64,000 nt of DNA from an uncultured Candidatus Saccharibacteria bacterium (GTDB lineage Bacteria; Patescibacteriota; Minisyncoccia; Phycocordibacterales; UBA9973). The stretch spans positions 50,722-114,721 of the forward strand of contig CAZCXF010000001.1 of assembly GCA_964502615.1 (NCBI GenBank), in the 5' to 3' direction. Within the stretch, counting starts at the first letter, position 1, and every line of letters starts with the position of its first letter. The notes beneath the pieces were generated by a model. The model made no database searches. It had not been told where the DNA came from and saw only the letters and a program-made list of their open reading frames with translations. The position numbers and the translations under genes were made by a program. Positions 10,091 through 19,811 of this stretch are shown here, piece by piece.

Positions 10091-11761
10091 ATGTTATTCT
10101 GCCCATGGGAAAAAGCTTTATATTTTGTTTACTCTAGCAATATACCAACATTATTTTTCTATTCACATATACCTGCGATAATTATTGCTCTGATTTTAGG
10201 TATTTTCATACTGCGTAGTGGGCATAGATCACCCATAAGCATAGCCCTATTTTCTATTACAATATTATTTTCTATTTGGTGTATTTTTGACCTAATATTG
10301 TGGGCTACAAATGACCCAAGGAATGTAATGTTCTTTTGGTCGCTACAAGTTCTAATAGAACCATTGATCTATGCGACATGCATATATATCACTTTTTTAT
10401 TTATAAAAGGCAGAGATATGTTGTTCTTAGGGAAATTATTGATGAGTGTTTTACTACTACCTTTTATTATTTTTCTATCAAATAAGCTAAATCTACTAGG
10501 AGTAAACCTTTCTGATTGTACTGCTGTAGAAGGGCCAGTATCGTTATATTATGCTTATATTTATGAAATAATAAGCGTTATAGTTATCTTAGAAATATTT
10601 GTGAGTGCTTATACAAAAATTACAGATAGTTCTAGAAAAAAAGAAATCACTTACTTTATTATAGGTATGATTATGTTTTTGCTTGCTTTCTCTTGGGGCA
10701 ATTTAATTGGTAGTTTTACAGAGAACTGGACAATAGCTCAAGCAGGATTAATCGGTATGCCAATATTCTTTGCATTTCTTGCATACATTAGTGTAAAATT
10801 TAAAACTTTCAATCTAAAAATATTGGGAGCACAAGTTTTAGTTTTTGCTTTAGGATTTTTAGTGCTGTCCATGTCTTTTGTTAGAAGTATACAAAACATA
10901 AAGATAATAATATTCTTTACACTCGCTTTTGTTATTGCCCTGGGCTATCAACTTATTCGTGGAGTAAAGACTGAAGTAAAACAAAGAGAAAGGCTTGAAG
11001 TTCTAAGACTTAAGCTTGAAGAAACAAATATAAAATTAGAAGACGCAAACGATAAATTGAAAGATTTAGATAAATTGAAAACCGAATTCTTGTCTCTTGC
11101 TTCACACCAACTTCGCTCACCACTAACTGCTATAAAGGGATATACATCAATGGTTCTCGAGGGTGATTTCGGTGAACTTAATGATAAAGCAAAAGAAGCA
11201 ATTGAAAGAGTATTTCAATCAACCATGAATTTAACAAAAGTCGTGGAAGATCTTCTTAATGTTTCTAAAATTGAACAAGGTGGTATGAAATTCGTTATGG
11301 AAGATTTTAGTCTTGTTGAAATTGCAAGAGATATGTCTAAAGACTTATCAATAAGTGCAGAGAAAAAAGGATTGAAACTTACTTTTGAGGGAGATAAAGA
11401 TGAAGATTGTATGGTAAACGGAGACAAGGAGAAACTTCGCCAAGTTGTATTAAACCTTATTGATAACTCTATAAAATATACTAAAGAAGGTAGCGTGAAT
11501 GTTTCGGTTAAAAGAGTCAGTGATAAAGTTGTTTTCTCTGTAAAAGATACTGGTATGGGTATGACTCCCGAAATCAAGGCAACGTTATTCCAAAAATTCT
11601 CAAGAGGGGAAGGATCTCGAATGAATACTGGTGGTTCAGGACTAGGACTCTATCTTGCAAAAGAAATTATGGAAGCTCACAAAGGTACTATTGATGTTGA
11701 TTCAGAAGGTATGGGTAAAGGATCTAATTTCCATTTTGAATTAAATGCTATAAAAAAATAA
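10091..11761 (+). CDS. sensor histidine kinase with polytopic N-terminal membrane domain
   Basis: About 8 N-terminal TM helices, a coiled-coil linker, an H-box FLSLASHQLRSPLTAIKGY, and a HATPase_c G-box GGSGLGLYLAKEI. No response regulator is adjacent. Confidence 0.85.
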   Translation: MLFCPWEKALYFVYSSNIPTLFFYSHIPAIIIALILGIFILRSGHRSPISIALFSITILFSIWCIFDLILWATNDPRNVMFFWSLQVLIEPLIYATCIYITFLFIKGRDMLFLGKLLMSVLLLPFIIFLSNKLNLLGVNLSDCTAVEGPVSLYYAYIYEIISVIVILEIFVSAYTKITDSSRKKEITYFIIGMIMFLLAFSWGNLIGSFTENWTIAQAGLIGMPIFFAFLAYISVKFKTFNLKILGAQVLVFALGFLVLSMSFVRSIQNIKIIIFFTLAFVIALGYQLIRGVKTEVKQRERLEVLRLKLEETNIKLEDANDKLKDLDKLKTEFLSLASHQLRSPLTAIKGYTSMVLEGDFGELNDKAKEAIERVFQSTMNLTKVVEDLLNVSKIEQGGMKFVMEDFSLVEIARDMSKDLSISAEKKGLKLTFEGDKDEDCMVNGDKEKLRQVVLNLIDNSIKYTKEGSVNVSVKRVSDKVVFSVKDTGMGMTPEIKATLFQKFSRGEGSRMNTGGSGLGLYLAKEIMEAHKGTIDVDSEGMGKGSNFHFELNAIKK

Positions 11762-11782
11762 AACCCTATCACGGGGTTTTAT
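11758..11782. terminator. bidirectional hairpin (aaaaccc...ggggtttt)
   Basis: Lies between the convergent histidine kinase gene and cysS. Confidence 0.6.
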
Positions 11783-13137
11783 AATTTAGATATTTTGCTT
11801 CCTCCTTCAATATCTTTAACTTCATAACCAAGTGATTTTATTTTATCTCGCAACTCATCACTTTTTGACCAGTCTTTGTCAATTCTAGCTTGTTCACGTT
11901 CACTAGATAACATTTGTACTTCTTTTGGAATTATTTCTTCTTTTATGTTTTCTAAACCAAATCCAAAAATCTTGTCAAAATCAAGCATTGTAGCTTTCTT
12001 ATTATTTGCTTCTATTTGTGGATTGTGAACTAACTCCCACAACAAGGCTAAGGCTTTAGGTGTATCTAAGTCATCATCCATGTATTCTATTAATCTTTCC
12101 TTATAACTCTCATCAACTATTCCAGTATCAGAATTCATAATAGCCCTATAAGCTTCATAGAGTCTTTTTAAAGCTACCTGGCTTCCATTTACAGCATCTA
12201 GAGTGAAATTAGTCTTAGTTCTATAATGAGCTGTATATATCCAAAGTCTAAAAGCCAACGGTTCTATATCTTTTTCTATTAAATCTCTTAAGGTGTAAAA
12301 ATTACCAGAAGATTTAGCCATCTTTATGCCATCTACCATTAAATGCTCATTATGCATAAAGTATTTAGTAAACGTCTTACCAGTCGCGCATTCTGACTGA
12401 GCTATTTCATTTTCATGGTGAGGAAATATATTATCTACTCCACCAGTATGAAGATCGAAAGTCTCACCAAGTTCGTGCATACTCATAGCGGAGCACTCTA
12501 TATGCCAACCCGGACGCCCTTTTCCAAGAGATGTTTCCCAAAATACATCGCCATCACTTTCATCCCATGCTTTCCATAAAGCAAAATCCTCTGCACTGTC
12601 TTTATCATATTCATCTTTTGCCATTCTCCCTTTTGCGTTTTCTTTTAGATCAGAAATTTTAAAATGGGAAAGCTTGCCGTAGTCTGGGTCTTTATGAATA
12701 TTAAAATACACTGATCCATCTTCTGTTTTATAAGCAAAATCTTTTTCTACTAACGTTTCTATAATTTTAACCATTTCATTTATAAAGTCAGTTGCCTTAG
12801 TGTATTTTTCTGCAGGAACAATGTTTAGCGCATCTCGATCTTTATAAAATTCTTCTGTGTAAAACTCTGTAAGATCACTCAATTTTTTACCTTGTGCTTG
12901 TGAGTCGCGAATAGTTTTGTCATCAACATCAGTTATATTCATGATGTGCTTAACTTTGTATCCACGATATACTAGATATCTTTTTAAAATATCTCCAAAA
13001 ATATAGGCTCTGTAATTTCCAATATGAGGATAGTTGTATACCGTAGGCCCACAAGTATAAAGACCAACCTTATTTTCAGAAATAGGTTTAAACTCTTCTT
13101 TTGCACGGGATAAGGTATTGAATATATTTAGAGCCAT
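11779..13137 (-). CDS. cysS: cysteinyl-tRNA synthetase
   Basis: HIGH motif (CGPTVYNYPHIGN) and a KMSKS-like KMAKSSGN motif. Confidence 0.95.
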   Translation of the reverse strand: MALNIFNTLSRAKEEFKPISENKVGLYTCGPTVYNYPHIGNYRAYIFGDILKRYLVYRGYKVKHIMNITDVDDKTIRDSQAQGKKLSDLTEFYTEEFYKDRDALNIVPAEKYTKATDFINEMVKIIETLVEKDFAYKTEDGSVYFNIHKDPDYGKLSHFKISDLKENAKGRMAKDEYDKDSAEDFALWKAWDESDGDVFWETSLGKGRPGWHIECSAMSMHELGETFDLHTGGVDNIFPHHENEIAQSECATGKTFTKYFMHNEHLMVDGIKMAKSSGNFYTLRDLIEKDIEPLAFRLWIYTAHYRTKTNFTLDAVNGSQVALKRLYEAYRAIMNSDTGIVDESYKERLIEYMDDDLDTPKALALLWELVHNPQIEANNKKATMLDFDKIFGFGLENIKEEIIPKEVQMLSSEREQARIDKDWSKSDELRDKIKSLGYEVKDIEGGSKISKL

Positions 13138-14036
13138 TTTTTATACTTTGAGTAGATAAAAGCTAAGATACTTAGGGCAATCATAACTCCAATTATTGAA
13201 TAGAATTCTCTAGGTTCATGTTTTATAAAACTTGTATCCATTACGAAAATACTTGAAATCAATATAATTGGAGAGGTTAAGAATGTTATAAGTGTAAGCA
13301 ATGTAATAGTTTGAGTACTTTTACTTGCAAGTAGTGAGTCATTTGTATCACGAAGATCATCTAATATTTCCTTATGACTATCTAAAATATCTTGAGTTTT
13401 AGAATACTCACTTATTATAGAAGATAGGTAATAACTAAAGTTTTCACCAAAGAATTTTTTCGCTACAAATTCAAATTGATTCAAGGCTTCTTTATGGAAG
13501 CGCAAAGCTTGGCGGAAATCGATCAGTGTTCGATTTATATTTGATATAGTTATCACCATTTTACTCTCTTGTCCGTCAAAAATATTTTTTTCAGTTTCTC
13601 TGAGGAGAGAATTCATATCATTTAGTTCATATCTTGAGTGTACATATAGAGTCTTTATTAGGTGATAGAACAAAAATCCAGCATGATCAACATCGATTCT
13701 TTTTTCCAGTATTGCATCGACTTCAAATGTCTTTGAAAACTCATGGAGAGATTCAATAAATTCATAATGAGTAGTGATTATGAATTTATTACCAACTATG
13801 AAATCGATTTCTTGCTCCACACCTTTATTTCTGTGGTGTGATATACGAGGGAAATGCATTATCAAGTATATAAAGTTAGGGTACAAATCAACACGAGATT
13901 GTGGGCTTCTATTATGTAGTTCTTCTGAGACTAAAACCGGTATTGAGTATTCTTCCATTATATGGAGCAATTCTTCTTCTGTCGGTGATTCTAAATCAAT
14001 CCATGTTAAACCTTTATAAGTGTACTTTGATATCAT
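13128..14036 (-). CDS. CorA-like divalent cation transporter (non-canonical pore motif)
   Basis: Cytoplasmic N-domain plus two C-terminal TM helices. The loop reads VMD where canonical CorA has GMN. The gene overlaps the cysS start by 10 nt. Confidence 0.55.
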   Translation of the reverse strand: MISKYTYKGLTWIDLESPTEEELLHIMEEYSIPVLVSEELHNRSPQSRVDLYPNFIYLIMHFPRISHHRNKGVEQEIDFIVGNKFIITTHYEFIESLHEFSKTFEVDAILEKRIDVDHAGFLFYHLIKTLYVHSRYELNDMNSLLRETEKNIFDGQESKMVITISNINRTLIDFRQALRFHKEALNQFEFVAKKFFGENFSYYLSSIISEYSKTQDILDSHKEILDDLRDTNDSLLASKSTQTITLLTLITFLTSPIILISSIFVMDTSFIKHEPREFYSIIGVMIALSILAFIYSKYKKWL

Positions 14037-14133
14037 ATACAGCTATTATAGCGTCAGACTTGCTTTTTTCAAAGGTTTTGTGTAATATATGACCTGTGGA
14101 AACTCTGTAATTATAGAGTTTTTTATATAGATT

Positions 14134-14496
14134 ATGGCAACAGCTAAAAAAACAACAAAAAAAGAAAACCCAGAAAATACAGAATTTGCTGTAATTTTTA
14201 CAGGTGGTAAACAGTATAAAGTTGCTGTTGGTGATGTATTGAAAGTTGAAAAAATGGATGGGGAATTCAAAGCAGGAGATAAGATAGTTTTTGACAAAGT
14301 TCTCCTTGTTGATAATGGTACAGATACTACAATCGGTTCACCTTATATCGAGAATGCTAAAGTTGAATCACTATTCCAAAAGGCAGGTAAAGGTAAAACT
14401 GTAAAAGTTGTTAAATTTAAACAGAAGAGTCGCTACCTAAAGCGCAATGGTCACAGACAACCATTTATAGAAGTTAAAATATCAGCAATAAAATAA
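14134..14496 (+). CDS. rplU: 50S ribosomal protein L21
   Basis: FAVIFTGGKQYKVAVGDVLKVEK matches the L21 core. There is a Lys-rich N-terminal extension. Confidence 0.9.
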   Translation: MATAKKTTKKENPENTEFAVIFTGGKQYKVAVGDVLKVEKMDGEFKAGDKIVFDKVLLVDNGTDTTIGSPYIENAKVESLFQKAGKGKTVKVVKFKQKSRYLKRNGHRQPFIEVKISAIK

Positions 14497-14527
14497 AACT
14501 CCTGAAATTCAGGAGTTTTATTTTTTC
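14497..14527 (+). terminator. rho-independent terminator
   Basis: aaactcctgaa/ttcaggagttt hairpin followed by a T-run. Confidence 0.7.
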
Positions 14528-15141
14528 TAAGATCTATTCTTTAATGCATTTTTAATCGTCTCACTGTCTGAGTACTCAAGTTCAGTACCGGTTGAAAGTC
14601 CACGACCTAGTGACACGATATTAAAATTATATTTTTTCTGGAGAGGGAATAATATTTCTCTTAAATATGTATCTGTATGTTCACCTTGAGGATTTAGAGA
14701 TAGAGCAATGATTATTTCTTTTAAGTCATCTTTTTTTGCAGAATTATCTACCTTACTAATTAATTCCTTTGTCCTTACAAAAGTAGGTGTATCCTTAGTA
14801 ACTATTGGCACCAATCCTCCTAAAATAAAATACAAACCACTATAATTTTTACTCCTCCTTATACTTTCAAAGTCAGCATCTTTTTCTACTATCATGATAC
14901 TTGATCTATCTGTCTTTGAATTGCTACATGTATCACACATAGAACCTTTCGTACCTTGGAAAAATAGGAAACAAGAAGGGCATTGGTTGATAGAATTACG
15001 CAGAGCAATAATTTCATCACCAAGTTCTTTTACATAACTTGGATTTTTATGAAGTAAGAAATATACAAAACGCTTTGCTTGGCGTTCACCAATACCTGGG
15101 AACTCTTTAAACATTTCTGCTAATTTTTCAATTGGATTCAT
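14527..15141 (-). CDS. recR: recombination protein RecR
   Basis: HhH N-terminus, a C4 zinc finger (CPSC...CDTC) and a Toprim domain. Confidence 0.93.
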   Translation of the reverse strand: MNPIEKLAEMFKEFPGIGERQAKRFVYFLLHKNPSYVKELGDEIIALRNSINQCPSCFLFFQGTKGSMCDTCSNSKTDRSSIMIVEKDADFESIRRSKNYSGLYFILGGLVPIVTKDTPTFVRTKELISKVDNSAKKDDLKEIIIALSLNPQGEHTDTYLREILFPLQKKYNFNIVSLGRGLSTGTELEYSDSETIKNALKNRS

Positions 15142-16544
15142 TAGAATTGGTCAATATCTCCAACTTCTCGCGCTGAAGATGAGAAATTATTAATATTACT
15201 CTTCTCAATACTCATAAATGTTGTTAACTTTTCATCGAAATACAATTCAACTTTTCCAACTGGACCATTTCTATGTTTTTCAATTAATATTTCTGCTATG
15301 TTTGTTCTTTCTGATTCATCTTTACCCTTATCTTCACGATGGATGAACATAACTACGTCTGCATCTTGTTCGATAGATCCCGAGTCACGAAGATCAGATA
15401 GTCTAGGGCGTCCACCACGGCTCTCTACGGCACGAGAAAGCTGGGAAAGAGCTATTACGGGTACATTAAATTCCTTAGCTAAACCTTTTAAAGAACGTGA
15501 TATTTCGGTAACTTGGTTTACCATACTGTCATAATTTTTAGCAGTAGACATAAGTTGTAAGTAGTCAACAATAATCATACCTATTCCATGCTCTGCTTTT
15601 ATTCTTCTACATACAGATCGCATTCTTACTATAGAGTTACCAGCCATATCATCTACAAAGATTGGAGCGCGAGAAAGTTTGTCCAGTGAGTCTCTAATTT
15701 TTGAGAATTCATTTTCAGCTGATAAGTTACCAGTTCTCAAATTCCAAGCATTAACACGAGATTGAGCAGCGAGCATTCTGTCTACTAGTTGTTGAGTACT
15801 CATTTCGAGTGAAAATATAACTGTTGGAGTTCCATGATTTAATGCTGCCTGACGAGCAATATCAAGAGCAAGGGTAGTTTTTCCCATAGAAGGACGAGCA
15901 GCAAGTATTATAAGATCAGATTTTTGAAGTCCTGATAGGTATTGATCAAGATCATGAAACCCTGTTGGTACACCGCGGAGTTCACCCTTACTTTCATGAA
16001 GTCTCTCAAGGCGTTCCCAAGCTTCAGGTAAACTATCTTTGAGTGATTGAAAAGCATGACCACTAGTACTATTGTTACTAATACCCATCATTCTTTTTTC
16101 TGCTTGGTCTAATATTTCAAAAACGTCCTCTACTTCTTCTTTAAATCCAAGTTCTGATATATCAACTCCAGCTTCGATAATGTTTCTCAGGATATTTTTC
16201 TTAGCAACAATGTCAGCGTAGTGCTTTATGTTTGTTGATGCTGGGACAGAGTTTGTAAGTTCACTTAAATAACTAGTTCCACCCATCTGATCAAGTATTC
16301 CTTTTTCTTTTAATTTATGCGAAACAGATAAAATATCTATAGGTTCACCCTTGCTTGATAACTCAAGCATAGTGCTATAAATCTGACCATGTTTAGTAGT
16401 ATAAAAAGAGTCCACGCTTAAAATATCGCTAACTTCATGAATAGCTTGAGGTCTGAGCATTATTGATCCTAGAACTGCTTTCTCAGAATCTATACTCTGT
16501 GGAGGTATACGAAGATTGTTTTTTCTATCTGCCATGTGAACCAT
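15141..16544 (-). CDS. dnaB: replicative DNA helicase DnaB
   Basis: DnaB N-domain, Walker A GKTTLALDIA, and the IIVDYLQLM motif. Confidence 0.95.
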   Translation of the reverse strand: MVHMADRKNNLRIPPQSIDSEKAVLGSIMLRPQAIHEVSDILSVDSFYTTKHGQIYSTMLELSSKGEPIDILSVSHKLKEKGILDQMGGTSYLSELTNSVPASTNIKHYADIVAKKNILRNIIEAGVDISELGFKEEVEDVFEILDQAEKRMMGISNNSTSGHAFQSLKDSLPEAWERLERLHESKGELRGVPTGFHDLDQYLSGLQKSDLIILAARPSMGKTTLALDIARQAALNHGTPTVIFSLEMSTQQLVDRMLAAQSRVNAWNLRTGNLSAENEFSKIRDSLDKLSRAPIFVDDMAGNSIVRMRSVCRRIKAEHGIGMIIVDYLQLMSTAKNYDSMVNQVTEISRSLKGLAKEFNVPVIALSQLSRAVESRGGRPRLSDLRDSGSIEQDADVVMFIHREDKGKDESERTNIAEILIEKHRNGPVGKVELYFDEKLTTFMSIEKSNINNFSSSAREVGDIDQF

Positions 16545-16639
16545 TGTAGCATAGTTGTAAAATGCTCAAATCTTAATTTTTGGAATAAATATGTGGGTAA
16601 TATGTGCAAAACTAATAGTTTTTTGTTATTATTAAAGCT

Positions 16640-17611
16640 ATGAAAAAACGTTTGCTTTCAGGTGTCAAACCTACCGGAGCTCCACATATTGGAAACTATT
16701 TTGGTGCTATGCGCCAATTTGTTGATCTACAAAAGGATTATGAGGCATTTATAATGATTGCTGACTATCATGCACTCAACTTTATCCAAAATAAGAAAGA
16801 AATGGAGGAAAATATATTGGGAGTAACACTTGATTACTTAGGTATAGGACTTGATCCAAAGAAAGTTGTTATATTCAAGCAATCAGATATTAGTGCTCAT
16901 ACTGAGCTTGCTTGGATTTTCGATACCATAACAACAATGCCTTATCTTATGCGCGCTCATGCTTACAAAGATGCTGAAGCAAAAAATAAAGAAATAAATG
17001 TAGGAACCTTCAATTATCCTATGCTCATGGCTGCTGATATTTTGTTATATGATCCAGAAATAGTTCCGGTTGGTTCAGATCAAAAACAACATGTTGAATA
17101 TGCCCGTGATACTGCACAAAAATTCAATAATCTTTATGGTGAAACTTTTATCATGCCAAAAGAACTAATTATGAAAGAAGTTGCGACTGTCACTGGAACT
17201 GATGGACAAAAAATGAGTAAAAGTTATAAAAATACAATTCCACTTTTTGGGACAGATGAAGAAATAAAAAAAGCAGTTATGAGTATTGTCACAGATTCAA
17301 AGACACCAGAGGAACCAAAAGATCCTGAGACTTGCAATATTTTTGCTTTGCATAAACTTTTCCTAAATCAAGAAAATTTAAATAAACTATCCGATAGGTA
17401 TAAAAAGGGTGGTATTGGTTACAAAGAATCTAAAGATATGCTCCTCCAAGAAATTTTGGAGCTAATAAAACCTATGAGAGCTCGTCGTGAAAAATATGCA
17501 AAGAATCTAAAAAAAGTAAAACAGATATTAAAAAATGGAGGCAAGAAAGCATCTAAAATAGCCGAAAAGAAAATGAAATTAGTACGTAGTAATATCGGAG
17601 TAAATATATAA
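16640..17611 (+). CDS. trpS: tryptophanyl-tRNA synthetase
   Basis: PTGAPHIGNY (HIGH) and KMSKS motifs. Confidence 0.95.
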   Translation: MKKRLLSGVKPTGAPHIGNYFGAMRQFVDLQKDYEAFIMIADYHALNFIQNKKEMEENILGVTLDYLGIGLDPKKVVIFKQSDISAHTELAWIFDTITTMPYLMRAHAYKDAEAKNKEINVGTFNYPMLMAADILLYDPEIVPVGSDQKQHVEYARDTAQKFNNLYGETFIMPKELIMKEVATVTGTDGQKMSKSYKNTIPLFGTDEEIKKAVMSIVTDSKTPEEPKDPETCNIFALHKLFLNQENLNKLSDRYKKGGIGYKESKDMLLQEILELIKPMRARREKYAKNLKKVKQILKNGGKKASKIAEKKMKLVRSNIGVNI

Positions 17612-17614
17612 ATT

Positions 17615-17893
17615 ATGTTTTATCTAATTTTAAGATGGATAATAATTATTGTAGCAATTCTTTTAATTATAAAGAGTGTTAAATTTATACGTGTGATTCT
17701 CACTGTTGCTCTAGGAATAATTTATATACCTATAAACAATTTGAATCTAGCTGTCCAGAAATGGTATTTCGGTATTAGACACAAAGATAAAATACTCTAC
17801 TATCTATTCACACCATTTTACTGGATTATTGTTGGTATAACTTTCCTAATATCTATACCTTATGAGTTTGTTATAGCAATGGATATCCATTAG
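17615..17893 (+). CDS. hypothetical small membrane protein
   Basis: 92 aa with 2-3 TM helices. Confidence 0.3.
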   Translation: MFYLILRWIIIIVAILLIIKSVKFIRVILTVALGIIYIPINNLNLAVQKWYFGIRHKDKILYYLFTPFYWIIVGITFLISIPYEFVIAMDIH

Positions 17894-17904
17894 ACTCTGC
17901 ATTT

Positions 17905-18098
17905 TTTTTGTGATATTATGGATTTACGCCTTTGAACCAGCCGACACTGGGGAGGTAGGGAAAGAAAGCATAAAATGCAAATAGACTCCCTCGTATAAGC
18001 TACGATACAGTTTTAAATGAGTCGAAAAGTAGGGTGGCACCGCGACAAAGATCGCCCCTGCAAATGTATTATTATTAATACGTTTGGAGAGGCGATTT
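17905..18098 (+). promoter_or_regulatory. T-box riboswitch leader (Asp specifier GAC) with intrinsic terminator, upstream of aspS
   Basis: Conserved T-box sequence AGGGTGGCACCGCG at 18021-18034. The variable base C would pair with the G73 discriminator of tRNA-Asp. A terminator helix (atcgcc.../...ggcgat) is followed by TTTTTGTTTT. A candidate GAC-A specifier lies in the 5' stem region (ccgacact). Confidence 0.6.
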
Positions 18099-18123
18099 TT
18101 GTTTTCTCTAAACTCATATAAAT

Positions 18124-19419
18124 ATGAAAAATAGAATTTATATAAAGGATTTAAGTGAGAATATTGGTAAAGAAGTAGTTATCAAAGGTTTTGCTCATAC
18201 AATAAGAGCACAAAGTAAAATTATCTTTTTACTAGTTCGTGATATTACTGGAATTATTCAAACAGTAATTGAGATTTCTAGTGAAGCATTTGAGATTGGC
18301 AAAAATTTATCTACTGAGTCTGTTATATCTTTAACTGGTATTGTTAAAAGTGCACCTCAAGCACCTGGTGGTATTGAGGTTGGAGTTTCAAAAATTGAAG
18401 TTCTGTCAGCTTCAAGTCCAGAACTTCCTATTCCAGTTATTAGTCAAAAAGGTGGTGAGGAAACTGAAGCACCAATACGTTTTGACTATCGTTGGATTGA
18501 TCTAAGAAAACCAGAGAAAGCTAAAATTTTTAAAGTTTGGACTGAACTAGAAAAAGGATTCCGAAAATACTGGGATGAAAATAATTTTATACAACTATAT
18601 CCGCCTAATTTCCTTGAAACTCAATCGGAATCTGGTGCTGAAGTTTTTACGGTGAACTACTTTGATCGAAAAGCATTCTTACCTCAATCGCCTCAATTTT
18701 ATAAGCAAATGGGTATTGCGTCGGGATTTGAGAAAGTTTTCATGGTCGCTCCTGTATTTAGAGCTGAACTTTCCTTTACGACTCGCCACCTAACAGAATT
18801 TACTGGATGGGATTTCGAAATGGGATACGTAGAATCGCATCATGATGTTATGGATGCTGAAGAAGGAATGATTATATCTGGGTTCGAAAGAGTTAAAGAA
18901 AAGTTTCCAGAATTGAATATTAATATACCAACTTCTCCATTTCCTAGAATCACAATGATTAAAGCCAAGGAAATTTTAAAAAATCTTGGAGTAGAAAGTG
19001 GAGAAGAGCATGACCTCTCACCAGAAGAAGAGCGAGCAATTTCCGATTATGTAATGAAAGAAATGAATCATGAATTTGTCTTTATTACTGAATATCACAA
19101 ATCGAAAAGCGCTTTTTACCATATGAGGCTTGAAGAAGGGAGTGATAGATCACGCCGAGCAGATCTTTTATTTAAAGGTCTTGAGATTACAACACTTGCT
19201 CAGCGTGAACATAGGGTTGATAAACTAGAGAAACAAGCTCTTGAAAAAGGAATGTCACTTGAGTCTCTTAAGGATTATATTAATTTCTTCCGCTATGGAT
19301 GCCCTCCTCACGGTGGAGCAGGGATCGGTCCTGGACGTCTAATTATGAAGCTTCTTGATCTTCCAAATGTTCGTGAAGCGACATACTTACCACGTGATGT
19401 TAAAAGATTAAACCCATAA
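18124..19419 (+). CDS. aspS: aspartyl-tRNA synthetase, archaeal/eukaryotic type (likely non-discriminating)
   Basis: Class IIb motifs FRAE, TEFTGWDFEMGY and GGAGIGPGRL. The 431 aa size fits the archaeal-type enzyme. gatB is present in the window. Confidence 0.93.
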   Translation: MKNRIYIKDLSENIGKEVVIKGFAHTIRAQSKIIFLLVRDITGIIQTVIEISSEAFEIGKNLSTESVISLTGIVKSAPQAPGGIEVGVSKIEVLSASSPELPIPVISQKGGEETEAPIRFDYRWIDLRKPEKAKIFKVWTELEKGFRKYWDENNFIQLYPPNFLETQSESGAEVFTVNYFDRKAFLPQSPQFYKQMGIASGFEKVFMVAPVFRAELSFTTRHLTEFTGWDFEMGYVESHHDVMDAEEGMIISGFERVKEKFPELNINIPTSPFPRITMIKAKEILKNLGVESGEEHDLSPEEERAISDYVMKEMNHEFVFITEYHKSKSAFYHMRLEEGSDRSRRADLLFKGLEITTLAQREHRVDKLEKQALEKGMSLESLKDYINFFRYGCPPHGGAGIGPGRLIMKLLDLPNVREATYLPRDVKRLNP

Positions 19420-19421
19420 TT

Positions 19422-19811
19422 ATGGATAATTGTATTTTTTGTAAAATTGTAAAAGGAGATATTCCGGCGTCAAAAGTTTATGAGGACTCTGACTTCGTTG
19501 CTTTCTTAGATATTCACCCAGTATCAAAAGGTCATACTTTAGTTGTTCCTAAAAACCATTTTGAATCGATCGAAAAAACTCCTGACGAAGTGATCATGAA
19601 AACTTTTGTGCTTGCGAAAAAGCTCATTATTAAATTAAAAGAGAGCTTAGGGAGTGATTTTGTTAACTTGGATATTGAAGGTATACAAGTTCCGCATTTA
19701 CATGTGCATCTTATTCCAAGAATGCTAAATGACGGTGTAGTGAAATGGGAGCATACTTCTTATGCGTCGGATGCTGAAAGAAATGAATTCATAAATAAAA
19801 TTAAAATGTAA
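19422..19811 (+). CDS. HIT-family hydrolase
   Basis: Histidine triad HLHVHLIP. Confidence 0.85.
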   Translation: MDNCIFCKIVKGDIPASKVYEDSDFVAFLDIHPVSKGHTLVVPKNHFESIEKTPDEVIMKTFVLAKKLIIKLKESLGSDFVNLDIEGIQVPHLHVHLIPRMLNDGVVKWEHTSYASDAERNEFINKIKM

